NCBI RefSeq assembly: GCF_006345805.1
Contig: NC_043012.1
Coordinates: 7,502,001 to 7,566,000 of the forward strand
DNA: 64,000 bases
Reading direction: 5' to 3'
DNA from: Octopus sinensis
Lineage: Eukaryota
Made by a program: the position numbers and the translations under genes. Positions 55,562-64,000 of the stretch are shown piece by piece (the stretch's first letter is position 1; each line of letters opens with the position of its first letter). Under the pieces are notes generated by a model. That model was not told the origin of the DNA. It worked only from the letters and a program-made list of their open reading frames with translations, and did not search any database.

Positions 55562-55922
55562 GATATTATTAAATGTTATTGCTAGTGATGTTGAAGATGT
55601 AAAGTGAAAGTTGTGTTATAAGGAAGTGGGTTTAGTCGTCAGCTGATTGTTCATAGAGCAACGTAGTTCATTTCGTGTTCTTTCTACCAACCACGCAGAC
55701 ACTTTCTGATCGCTTATATTATTTGTAACACCAGATATTTCATGCCAATGCGACTGAGATCATTTCAAATCAAGTATTAGAAATATTCAACTGGACATAT
55801 CTGGATAATTTATATTTCTACTCCACATTACAAAACTAACAAAAACAACAGCAACGAAACGACCGCCAGCAACATAAACGACAAAGTAAATGTAAGTTAG
55901 ATATATTCTTAACAATTTTATA

Positions 55923-57947
55923 ATGTCTGAAACAGAAGGTAAACTTCCAAAGGATGAACCTCCAAAGGATAAATCTCCGGATAAATCTCCGGATAAATCT
56001 CCGGATAAATCTCCGGATAAATCTCCGGATAGGGTTTTTCACGACGCTATTCATGGATCCATGCAATTTTCACCAATCTGTGTTGATATTATTAATACAG
56101 TACAATTTCAGAGATTACGTAATATCAAACAACTAGGTTTGTGTTATTACGTTTATCCATCAGCTTCACATAATAGATTTGAGCATTGTCTGGGAACATG
56201 TCATCTAGCTGGGAAAATGATTCGCCATCTTAAACAGCAAAATCCCGATCTGGAAATATCTGATGAAGATATACTGTGTGTTGAAATCGCTGGTTTGTGT
56301 CATGATTTAGGACATGCGCCTTTTTCTCATGTCTTTCAAGAAATTATCAACGAGTGTCGCAATGGAGATGAAAAGTGGGAACATGAAGTTGCATCATGTG
56401 AAATGTTGGAGCATCTTTTTAAAAAGAACCCACATATAAAAGTTAAGCGTGATGAAATTGAATTCATAAAAGGTCTCATTACTGGTAAACCAATAAAAAC
56501 TGAGGAACAAAAATTTGAAAAAGAAAAAAATGTTCTCATTACTGGTGAATCAAAAAAAACTGAGAAAAAAAATTTAAGAAGAAAAAAACAATTTTTTTAC
56601 CAAATCGTCAACAATGCAGACTATAACATCGACGTTGATAAATGGGATTACCTGGCCAGAGATTCCCATTTGCTTGGCATTGGAACATCCTTTGATCACG
56701 AAAGAATGCTGAAAATGTCCAAAGTAATAGATGGTAAAATATGCTACAGAGACAAAACGCTTAAAAATTTCTATGATATGTTTTATTCACGATATCGACT
56801 ACATAACACGGTTTACCAACACAAAACTGTTCTCCTGCTTAATAAACTACTTGGCAAGGCTTTGAAATCCGCAGATGAACACCTGAAAATTTTCAAAAGA
56901 GTCGAAAATATGGAGGAATTTACTTATTTTACAGATAGTATTTTGGAGGAGATATTAAAGAATAAGGGCAATCAATCTCTCAAAGACTCGGAGAAATTTA
57001 CTTCTTTTATAGAGAGTATTTTGGAGGAGATATTAAAGAATAAGGACAATCAATCTCTCAAAGACTCGGAGAAATATACTTCTTTTATAGAGAGTATTTT
57101 GGGGGAGATATTAAAGAATAAGAGCAATCAATCTCTCAAAGACTCGGAGAAATTTACTTCTTTTATAGAGAGTATGTTGGAGGAGATATCAAAGGAGAAG
57201 GGCAATCAACCTCGCAAAAACTTGGAGACTATAATCAACCGGTCTTTTGAATACAAAGGGACCGTCACAGACACAATCACGGGCACAGTCACGGATATAT
57301 TCGAACTCGGAGATACGGAGGGAAATATCTTGTACCCAGCTGAGGGTACAAGAGATGACGTTGCAGCCCTGGAAAACATGGAGGACATTATCAATGGTAA
57401 AACCTTGGACACACCGGAGAGCAAAATGTGGAGAAATATCAAGGGTGAAATCAAGGCTAAAATCTCGGACACCCCGGGGAGCGAAATGCAGGGCAATATC
57501 CAGCGCAGAATCAATGGTACAATCTCGGAGACATCGGGAGAAAAAAAGATCGAGGGCACAATCGATGTTGAAATAGTGAGAAAATCGGAGAGCATAATGC
57601 AGTGGGATATCAAGGGCAAAATCAATGGTAAAATATCGGGCACATCGGAGAGCAAAATGCAGAGCAATATCAAGGGCGAAATCGAGGGTACCATCCAAAC
57701 AATAATAAACAGCAGAGACGAAGAATCAGAGCCGGTTATAGCCAATGAGACAGACGAGATCTGCATAGCCCGTTTTGACTATGGAGCTAAAGAAAAGAAC
57801 CCACTATTGAACATACCATTCTATAGAAGAATGGGAACTAAGTCAATGTACTTTAAACAGGAAGAACTGGAAGATATGCTTTTTCTGCCAAAGAAATTTA
57901 AAATGGAAACCGGACATTGTTTTGAATTTAAAAAAAAAAAACAATGA
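55923..57947 (+). CDS. SAMHD1: SAMHD1-like HD-domain dNTP triphosphohydrolase, copy 1 (674 aa, no SAM domain, internal repeat expansions)
   Basis: Uninterrupted ORF with motifs HDAIHG, FQRLRNIKQLG, SHNRFEH, CHDLGHAPFSH, WEHE, IDVDKWDYLARD, RYRLHNTVYQHK and DYGAKEKNP. The true start is uncertain because of an in-frame splice acceptor at 55934-55935. Confidence 0.95.
   Translation: MSETEGKLPKDEPPKDKSPDKSPDKSPDKSPDKSPDRVFHDAIHGSMQFSPICVDIINTVQFQRLRNIKQLGLCYYVYPSASHNRFEHCLGTCHLAGKMIRHLKQQNPDLEISDEDILCVEIAGLCHDLGHAPFSHVFQEIINECRNGDEKWEHEVASCEMLEHLFKKNPHIKVKRDEIEFIKGLITGKPIKTEEQKFEKEKNVLITGESKKTEKKNLRRKKQFFYQIVNNADYNIDVDKWDYLARDSHLLGIGTSFDHERMLKMSKVIDGKICYRDKTLKNFYDMFYSRYRLHNTVYQHKTVLLLNKLLGKALKSADEHLKIFKRVENMEEFTYFTDSILEEILKNKGNQSLKDSEKFTSFIESILEEILKNKDNQSLKDSEKYTSFIESILGEILKNKSNQSLKDSEKFTSFIESMLEEISKEKGNQPRKNLETIINRSFEYKGTVTDTITGTVTDIFELGDTEGNILYPAEGTRDDVAALENMEDIINGKTLDTPESKMWRNIKGEIKAKISDTPGSEMQGNIQRRINGTISETSGEKKIEGTIDVEIVRKSESIMQWDIKGKINGKISGTSESKMQSNIKGEIEGTIQTIINSRDEESEPVIANETDEICIARFDYGAKEKNPLLNIPFYRRMGTKSMYFKQEELEDMLFLPKKFKMETGHCFEFKKKKQ
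55968..56027 (+). repeat. Coding 12-bp repeat (GATAAATCTCCG)x5 encoding (DKSP)5
   Basis: Directly visible; absent from copy 2. Confidence 0.95.
56917..57213 (+). repeat. Coding 78-bp (26-aa) tandem repeat, about 3.8 copies, in copy 1
   Basis: Unit starts at 56917, 56995, 57073 and 57151; copy 2 has a single unit. Confidence 0.93.
57408..57698 (+). repeat. Coding ~60-bp (20-aa) degenerate repeat, 5 units (copy 2 has 4 units at 61645-61875)
   Basis: Units 60/60/51/60/60 bp with consensus DT(P/S)ESKMxxNIKGxIxGxIS. Confidence 0.85.
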
Positions 57948-58496
57948 AGACAACATTCAAGAGAAAAATCAATAACAAAAAATCAGATTGATTATAACCA
58001 ATGAAAGAAAACAAAACCATGGACGCAGATTGAGATAAGTAATGAAACTTGATAAAACTTTAATATTATAAAAATACATTGAAACTATTGAAAGATTGAT
58101 AGGTCAAAAATACTAAATGGACAATATTCTCTATCTAAATTAAAAGAACTTTTTGATGGGAAATTTTTACTTTTAAGAAACTCTCAAAATTAAAAAAAAA
58201 AAAAAAACATATATTTCCTTACTTCTAAATTGAATCCTCCCATTGAGTCACGTTCGAAACATATGAGAAACATTTATTCTTTACTTAAAATTTGGTAAGA
58301 ATTAATTTTTTTTTTAAATATATTGAAACTATTTCAAAATTCAAAGACTAAAAATAATATGCGAACAACAATTTTTTCCTAAATTAACTTTTTTTTTACT
58401 TTTCTATTAGAAATATTCTTTGTTTACCAAATAATGTATTTCTTACATTCAAAAATTATAACCTCTCACTGAGTCATGTGTGTATGTGTATGTATG

Positions 58497-58539
<43 letters not shown>

Positions 58540-58545
<6 letters not shown>

Positions 58546-58770
58546 TTTGCGAGATTTTTTATGTGAAATCGTGTGTTGAAACATATATTGTTGTATTTAG
58601 GAATGGTCATTTTGCTAGTTTAGCCAATAAAAACACACGCACTATATATTTGGTTTTACTTTGCTTCATCGTTATTTATTTTTTACATTAATCTTAATCT
58701 TATTTCGGCCAGAGTTCTTTCGTCACACTCCTGTGACCGCATCACTGGTCCTTTGCTTTCTTCTTTCTTA
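58540..58770 (-). mobile_element. Penelope-like relic with a decayed hammerhead-like motif (duplicated at about 62720-62950)
   Basis: Minus strand CCA-GTGATGC-G-GTCAC(AGGAGT)GTGAC-GAAA-GAACTC-TGG; the core is mutated. Confidence 0.4.
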
Positions 58771-59016
58771 TTTGTGTGTCTCTCCTTACTAACCGTCAAC
58801 CATTTTGTATTTCTATTGTATGTGTCTTCATTTGCGCATGCGTATATCTCTATGTGCGTCTATGCTTAGTTAGTGTGTGTGTGTGTATATGTATGGGGGG
58901 GGAAACGCCTGTAATATTTGTATCTCCTGTTTATATACGTTCGTGTAATTTGTTTTTGTTTTTGTTTATTCTTATTTTGTTCATGTGTTTATACCCACTT
59001 ATTATTATTATTATTA

Positions 59017-59071
<55 letters not shown>

Positions 59072-59336
59072 CATTATTATTATTATTATGCATGTATGTA
59101 TATATGTATAACAATAATAATAGTAATAATAGTAATAAATATAAATAAAATTTTTAAAAAATAAAAATAAAAATAAATGAAATAAAAAATATATGTATAT
59201 AGTTATTTACTTCCATTTGTTTATTAGAAGGTTTGGAGATGATGTACAGGTATTTTATATTAGAAGAAATGAGGTACTCAGAATTCGGATGGTTTTATAT
59301 TTACAGATATTTATTTGTATATTACATGTTTTTATA

Positions 59337-59740
59337 CTAGCAGTATCGCCCGGCGTTGCTCGGGTTTGTAAGGGAAATAACTATATAAGCATTTTTAGAG
59401 TGTTATAGCCAGAAAAAAAAAAAAAAAAATGCATTAAAAATGGAAAAAAAATTAAGGTAAATTTTTTTTTTAAATCGTTGACACATCGTAGATATTTTTA
59501 GAGAGTTACTTCCCTCTATATTAAAAAAATATGCGTTAAAATGGAAAAAAATGATGTTAAATTATTTTTAAAATCGTAGACTCATCGTAGACGCGCGCTA
59601 ATACCCAGAAGGGCTCGATATGAATCCCGACTATAAGATACCCGGTTTTGGTTAAACTGCATCGCAAAATGTGGGAGGAGTTAAGAATCTAAATCGTAGG
59701 AGACAGCCACTCACACAACTTCACTTTTATATATATAACA
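59337..59740 (-). mobile_element. Non-autonomous Helitron H2 (chimera of H3-left and H1-right)
   Basis: Same family; diagnostic bases switch from H3-type to H1-type between about 59484 and 59516. Confidence 0.88.
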
Positions 59741-59769
59741 TTACGCGCATACATTTACATACATCTATT

Positions 59770-59814
<45 letters not shown>

Positions 59815-59934
59815 GCATACATACACATGCACACACACACACACACATATACATACACATGCACACGCGTATACATGTGTGAAAACAACGGACTTTTCTG
59901 CGCAGAAGTTAAATCCGAATGTGATACTTGTACG

Positions 59935-60024
<90 letters not shown>

Positions 60025-60025
60025 A

Positions 60026-60057
<32 letters not shown>

Positions 60058-60058
60058 A

Positions 60059-60115
<57 letters not shown>

Positions 60116-60525
60116 ACTACTACTACTACTACTACTACTACTCGATATTATTAAATGTTATTGATAGTGATGTTGAAGATGTAAAGTGAAAGTTGTGTTA
60201 TAAGGAAGTGGGTTTAGTCGTTAGCTGATTTTTCATAGAGCAACGTAGTTCATTTCGTGTTCTTTCTACCAACCACGCAGACACTTTCTGATCGCTTATA
60301 TTATTTGTAACACCAGATATTTCATGCCAATGCGACTGAGATCATTTCAAATCAAGTATTAGAAATATTCAACTGGACATATCTGGATAATTTATATTTC
60401 TACTCCACATTACAAAACTAACAAACACAACAGCAACGAAACGACCACCGGGAACATAAACGACAAAGTGAATGTAAGTTAGATATATTCTTAACAATTT
60501 TATAATTGCTGACGCAGAGGTTATA

Positions 60526-62124
60526 ATGGCTATGGCAAACAAAACACGTTCGGTTCGGGTTTTTCACGACGCTATTCATGGATCCATGCAATTTTCACCA
60601 ATCTGTGTTGATATTATTAATACAGTACAATTTCAGAGATTACGTAATATCAAACAACTAGGTTTGTGTTATTACGTTTATCCATCAGCTTCACATAATA
60701 GATTTGAGCATTGTCTGGGAACATGTCATCTAGCTGGGAAAATGATTCGCCATCTTAAGCAGCAAGATTCCGATCTGAAAATATCTGATGAAGATACACG
60801 TTGTGTTGAAATCGCTGGTTTGTGTCATGATTTAGGACATGCGCCTTTTTCTCATGTCTTTCAAGAAATTATCAATGAGTATCGCAAGGAAAAAAACCTT
60901 AAAAAGTGGGAACATGAAGAGGCATCATGTAAAATGTTGCAGCAGATTATTGACAAGAACTCATGTATTAAAGACAAACTTGGTGACAAGTCTGATGAAA
61001 ATATTTGTTTCATAAAAAGTCTCATTACTGGTAAACCAGGAGATCTTAAGAAACCAAATTTTTTTTACCAAATCGTCAACAATGCAGACTATAACATCGA
61101 CGTTGATAAATGGGATTACCTGGCCAGAGATTCCCATTTGCTTGGCATTGGAACATCCTTTGATCACGAAAGAATGCTGAAAATGTCCAAAGTAATAGAT
61201 GGTAAAATATGCTACAGAGACAAAACGCTTAAAAATTTCTATGATATGTTTTATTCACGATATCGACTACATAACACGGTTTACCAACACAAAACTGTTC
61301 TCCTGCTTAATAAACTACTTGGCAAGGCTTTGAAATCCGCAGATAAACACCTGAAAATTTTCAAAAGAGTCGAAAATATGGAGGAATTTACTTATTTTAC
61401 AGATAGTATTTTGGAGGAGATGTTAAAGAAGGGCAATGAACCTCTCGAACACTTGGAGACTATAATCAACCGGTCTTTTCACTACAAAGGGACCGTCACA
61501 GACATAATCAAGGGCACATTCACGAGCCCAGTCACGGACATATTCGAACTCGGAGATACGGAGGGAAAAATCTTGGACCCAATTGAGGGTACAAGAGAAG
61601 ACGATGCAGTCCAGGAAAAAATAAATATATATGGTGAAAGCTTGGACACACCGGAGAGCGACATGCAGGACAATATCCAGCGCAGAATCAGTGGTACAAT
61701 CACGAAGAAATCGGAAAAAAAAAAGATCGAGGGCACAATCGATGTTAAAAAATTTGACCAAGGGGATGGCAAAATGCGGTGGGATATCGATGGCACAATC
61801 AATGGTAAAATATTGGGCACATCGGAGAGCAAAAGGCAGAGAAATATCGATGGCAAAATCAATGGTACCATCGAAACAATAATAAACAGCAGAGACGAAG
61901 AATCAGAGCCGGTTATAGCCAATAAGACAGACGAGATCTGCATAGCCCGTTTTGACTATGGAGCTAAAGAAAAGAACCCACTATTGAACATACCATTCTA
62001 TAGAATAATGGGAAATAAGCCAATGTACTTTAAACAGGAAGAACTGGAAGATATGCTTTTTCTGCCAAAGAAATTTAAAATGGAAACCGGACATTGTTTT
62101 GAATTAAAAAAAAAAAAACAATGA
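60526..62124 (+). CDS. SAMHD1: SAMHD1-like HD-domain dNTP triphosphohydrolase, copy 2 (532 aa, no SAM domain)
   Basis: Same catalytic motifs as copy 1 with long nucleotide-identical blocks; different N-terminus and fewer internal repeats. Confidence 0.95.
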   Translation: MAMANKTRSVRVFHDAIHGSMQFSPICVDIINTVQFQRLRNIKQLGLCYYVYPSASHNRFEHCLGTCHLAGKMIRHLKQQDSDLKISDEDTRCVEIAGLCHDLGHAPFSHVFQEIINEYRKEKNLKKWEHEEASCKMLQQIIDKNSCIKDKLGDKSDENICFIKSLITGKPGDLKKPNFFYQIVNNADYNIDVDKWDYLARDSHLLGIGTSFDHERMLKMSKVIDGKICYRDKTLKNFYDMFYSRYRLHNTVYQHKTVLLLNKLLGKALKSADKHLKIFKRVENMEEFTYFTDSILEEMLKKGNEPLEHLETIINRSFHYKGTVTDIIKGTFTSPVTDIFELGDTEGKILDPIEGTREDDAVQEKINIYGESLDTPESDMQDNIQRRISGTITKKSEKKKIEGTIDVKKFDQGDGKMRWDIDGTINGKILGTSESKRQRNIDGKINGTIETIINSRDEESEPVIANKTDEICIARFDYGAKEKNPLLNIPFYRIMGNKPMYFKQEELEDMLFLPKKFKMETGHCFELKKKKQ

Positions 62125-62675
62125 AGACAACATTCAAGAGAAAAATCAATAACAAAAAATCAGATTGATTATAACCAATGAAAGAAAACAAAACCATGGA
62201 CGCAGATTGAGATAAGTAATGAAACTTGATAAAACTTTAATATTATAAAAATACATTGAAACTATTGAAAGATTGATAGGTCAAAAATACTAAATGGACA
62301 ATATTCTCTATCTAAATTAAAAGAACTTTTTGATGGGAAATTTTTACTTTTAAGAAACTCTCAAAATTAAAAAAAAAAAAAAACATATATTTCCTTACTT
62401 CTAAATTGAATCCTCCCATTGAGTCACGTTCGAAACATATGAGAAACATTTATTCTTTACTTAAAATTTGGTAAGAATTAAATTTTTTTAAAATATATTG
62501 AAACTATTTCAAAATTCAAAGACTAAAAATAATATGCGAACAACAATTTTTTTCCTAAATTAACTTTTTTTTTTTACTTTTCTATTAGAAATATTCTTTG
62601 TTTACCAAATAAATGTATTTCTTACATTCAAAAATTATAACCTCTCACTGAGTCATGTGTGTATGTGTATGTATG

Positions 62676-62722
<47 letters not shown>

Positions 62723-63195
62723 TTTGCGAGATTTTTTATGTGAAATCGTGTGTTGAAACATATATTGTTGTATTTAGGAATGGTCATTTTGCTAGTTTAG
62801 CCAATAAAAACACACGCACTATATATTTGGTGTTACTTTGCTTCAGCGTTATTTATTTTTTACATTAATCTTAATCTTATTTCGGCCAGAGTTCATTCGT
62901 CACACTCCTGTGACCGCATCACTGGTCCTTTGCTTTCTTCTTTCTTATTTGTGTGTCTCTCCTTACTAACCGTCAACCATTTTGTATTTCTATTGTATGT
63001 GTCTTCATTTGCGCATGCGTATATCTCTATGTGCGTCTATGTTTAGTTAGTGTGTGTGTGTGTATATGTATGGGGGGGGGAAAACGCCTGTAATATTTGT
63101 ATCTCCTGTTTATATACGTTCGTGTAATTTGTTTTTGTTTTTGTTTATTCTTATTTTGTTCATGTGTTTATACCCACTTATTATTATTATTATTA

Positions 63196-63259
<64 letters not shown>

Positions 63260-63528
63260 CATTATTATTATTATTATTATGCATGTATGTATATATGTAT
63301 AACAATAATAATAGTAATAATAGTAATAAATATAAATAAAATTTTTAAAAAATAAAAATAAAAATAAATGAAATAAAAAATATATGTATATAGTTATTTA
63401 CTTCCATTTGTTTATTAGAAGGTTTGGAGATGATGTACAGGTATTTTATATTAGAAGAAATGAGGTACTCAGAAATTCGGATGGTTTTATATTTACAGAT
63501 ATTTATTTGTATATTACATGTTTTTATA

Positions 63529-63926
63529 CTAGCAGTATCGCCCGGCGTTGCTCGGGTTTGTAAGGGAAATAACTATATAAGCATTTTTAGAGTGTTATAG
63601 CCAGAAAATAGCAAAAAAATGCATTAAAAATGGAAAAAAAATTAAGGTAAATTTTTTTTTTAAATCGTTGACACATCGTAGATATTTTTATAGAGTTACT
63701 TCCCTTATATAATAGCGAAAAAATGCATTAAAATGGAAAAATATGATGGTAAATTTTTTTTAAATCGTGGACTCATCGTAGACGCGCGCTAATACCCAGA
63801 AGGGCTCGATATGAATCACGACTATAAGATACCCGGTTTTGGTTAAACTGCATCGCAAAATGTGGGAGCAGTTAGGAATCTAAATCGTAGGAGACAGACA
63901 CACAACTTCACTTTTATATATAAAGA
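63529..63926 (-). mobile_element. Non-autonomous Helitron H3
   Basis: Intact A|TCTTTATATATAAAAG 5' end and CTAG|T 3' end on the minus strand; the right flank is unique sequence. Confidence 0.88.
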
Positions 63927-64000
63927 TATAAGCCACGTAGTTATATACACATACTTTGTTATATACACATTCTTAAAAGAAAATGTTATTTTGAACACAA

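Larger units (their letters stand above)
54829..63528 (+). repeat. Direct tandem segmental duplication: unit 1 54829-59336 (4508 bp), unit 2 59337-63528 (4192 bp)
   Basis: Each unit reads Helitron, (CA)n/(TAC)n microsatellites, upstream flank, SAMHD1-like ORF, 3' flank, Penelope-like relic, (ATT)n. Non-coding parts are nearly identical apart from microsatellite and homopolymer lengths. Confidence 0.95.

Noticed and set aside
55892-55935. 44-nt mini-intron using the nearby GTAAGT donor and the conserved acceptor
   Set aside because: Very short, and the join creates an in-frame stop (T|AA in copy 1, T|AG in copy 2), so it cannot extend the coding frame. It could only be a UTR intron.
58185-58210. 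Poly(A) tail remnant of a retrocopy downstream of the SAMHD1-like stop
   Set aside because: The A-run lies in generally A/T-rich sequence with no convincing TSD; not enough evidence.
54829-63926. Helitron rolling-circle gene capture as the duplication mechanism
   Set aside because: The gene lies outside each element's own TC/CTAG termini, and the middle element is a left/right chimera with flanks inherited from both outer elements. Unequal crossover explains this directly.
63927-64000. A third SAMHD1-like unit continuing beyond the window
   Set aside because: Sequence right of H3 differs from that right of H1 and H2, so this array ends here; other paralogs elsewhere are not excluded.

Overview
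Repeat-dense animal genomic DNA, most likely an Octopus species (inferred from the microsatellite density and the tRNA-derived SINE families). There is one 100-N assembly gap at 22259-22358. Two protein-coding loci are supported. (1) Four minus-strand exons (19747-19879, 11418-11619, 10321-10459, 9127-9226) splice in phase and encode thrombospondin type-1 repeats of an ADAMTSL1/3 (punctin/MADD-4)-like protein; its other exons were not found in the window. (2) Two plus-strand SAMHD1-like HD-domain dNTPase genes (55923-57947, 60526-62124), each one long coding exon with no SAM domain, sit in a ~4.2-4.5 kb tandem duplication bounded by three non-autonomous Helitrons. The middle Helitron is a left/right chimera of the outer two, which marks an unequal crossover. 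The two copies have near-identical non-coding flanks but differ mostly by amino-acid-changing substitutions and in-frame repeat expansions: an (SPDK)n CDK-like array, a 26-aa helical repeat and a 20-aa repeat insert. The rest is SINEs (several with TSDs, some multimeric), RTE/Dong-R4/I-like LINE fragments, mariner and pogo/hAT/Merlin-like MITEs, Helitrons, and a perfect 306-bp palindrome carrying a minimal hammerhead ribozyme in each arm.
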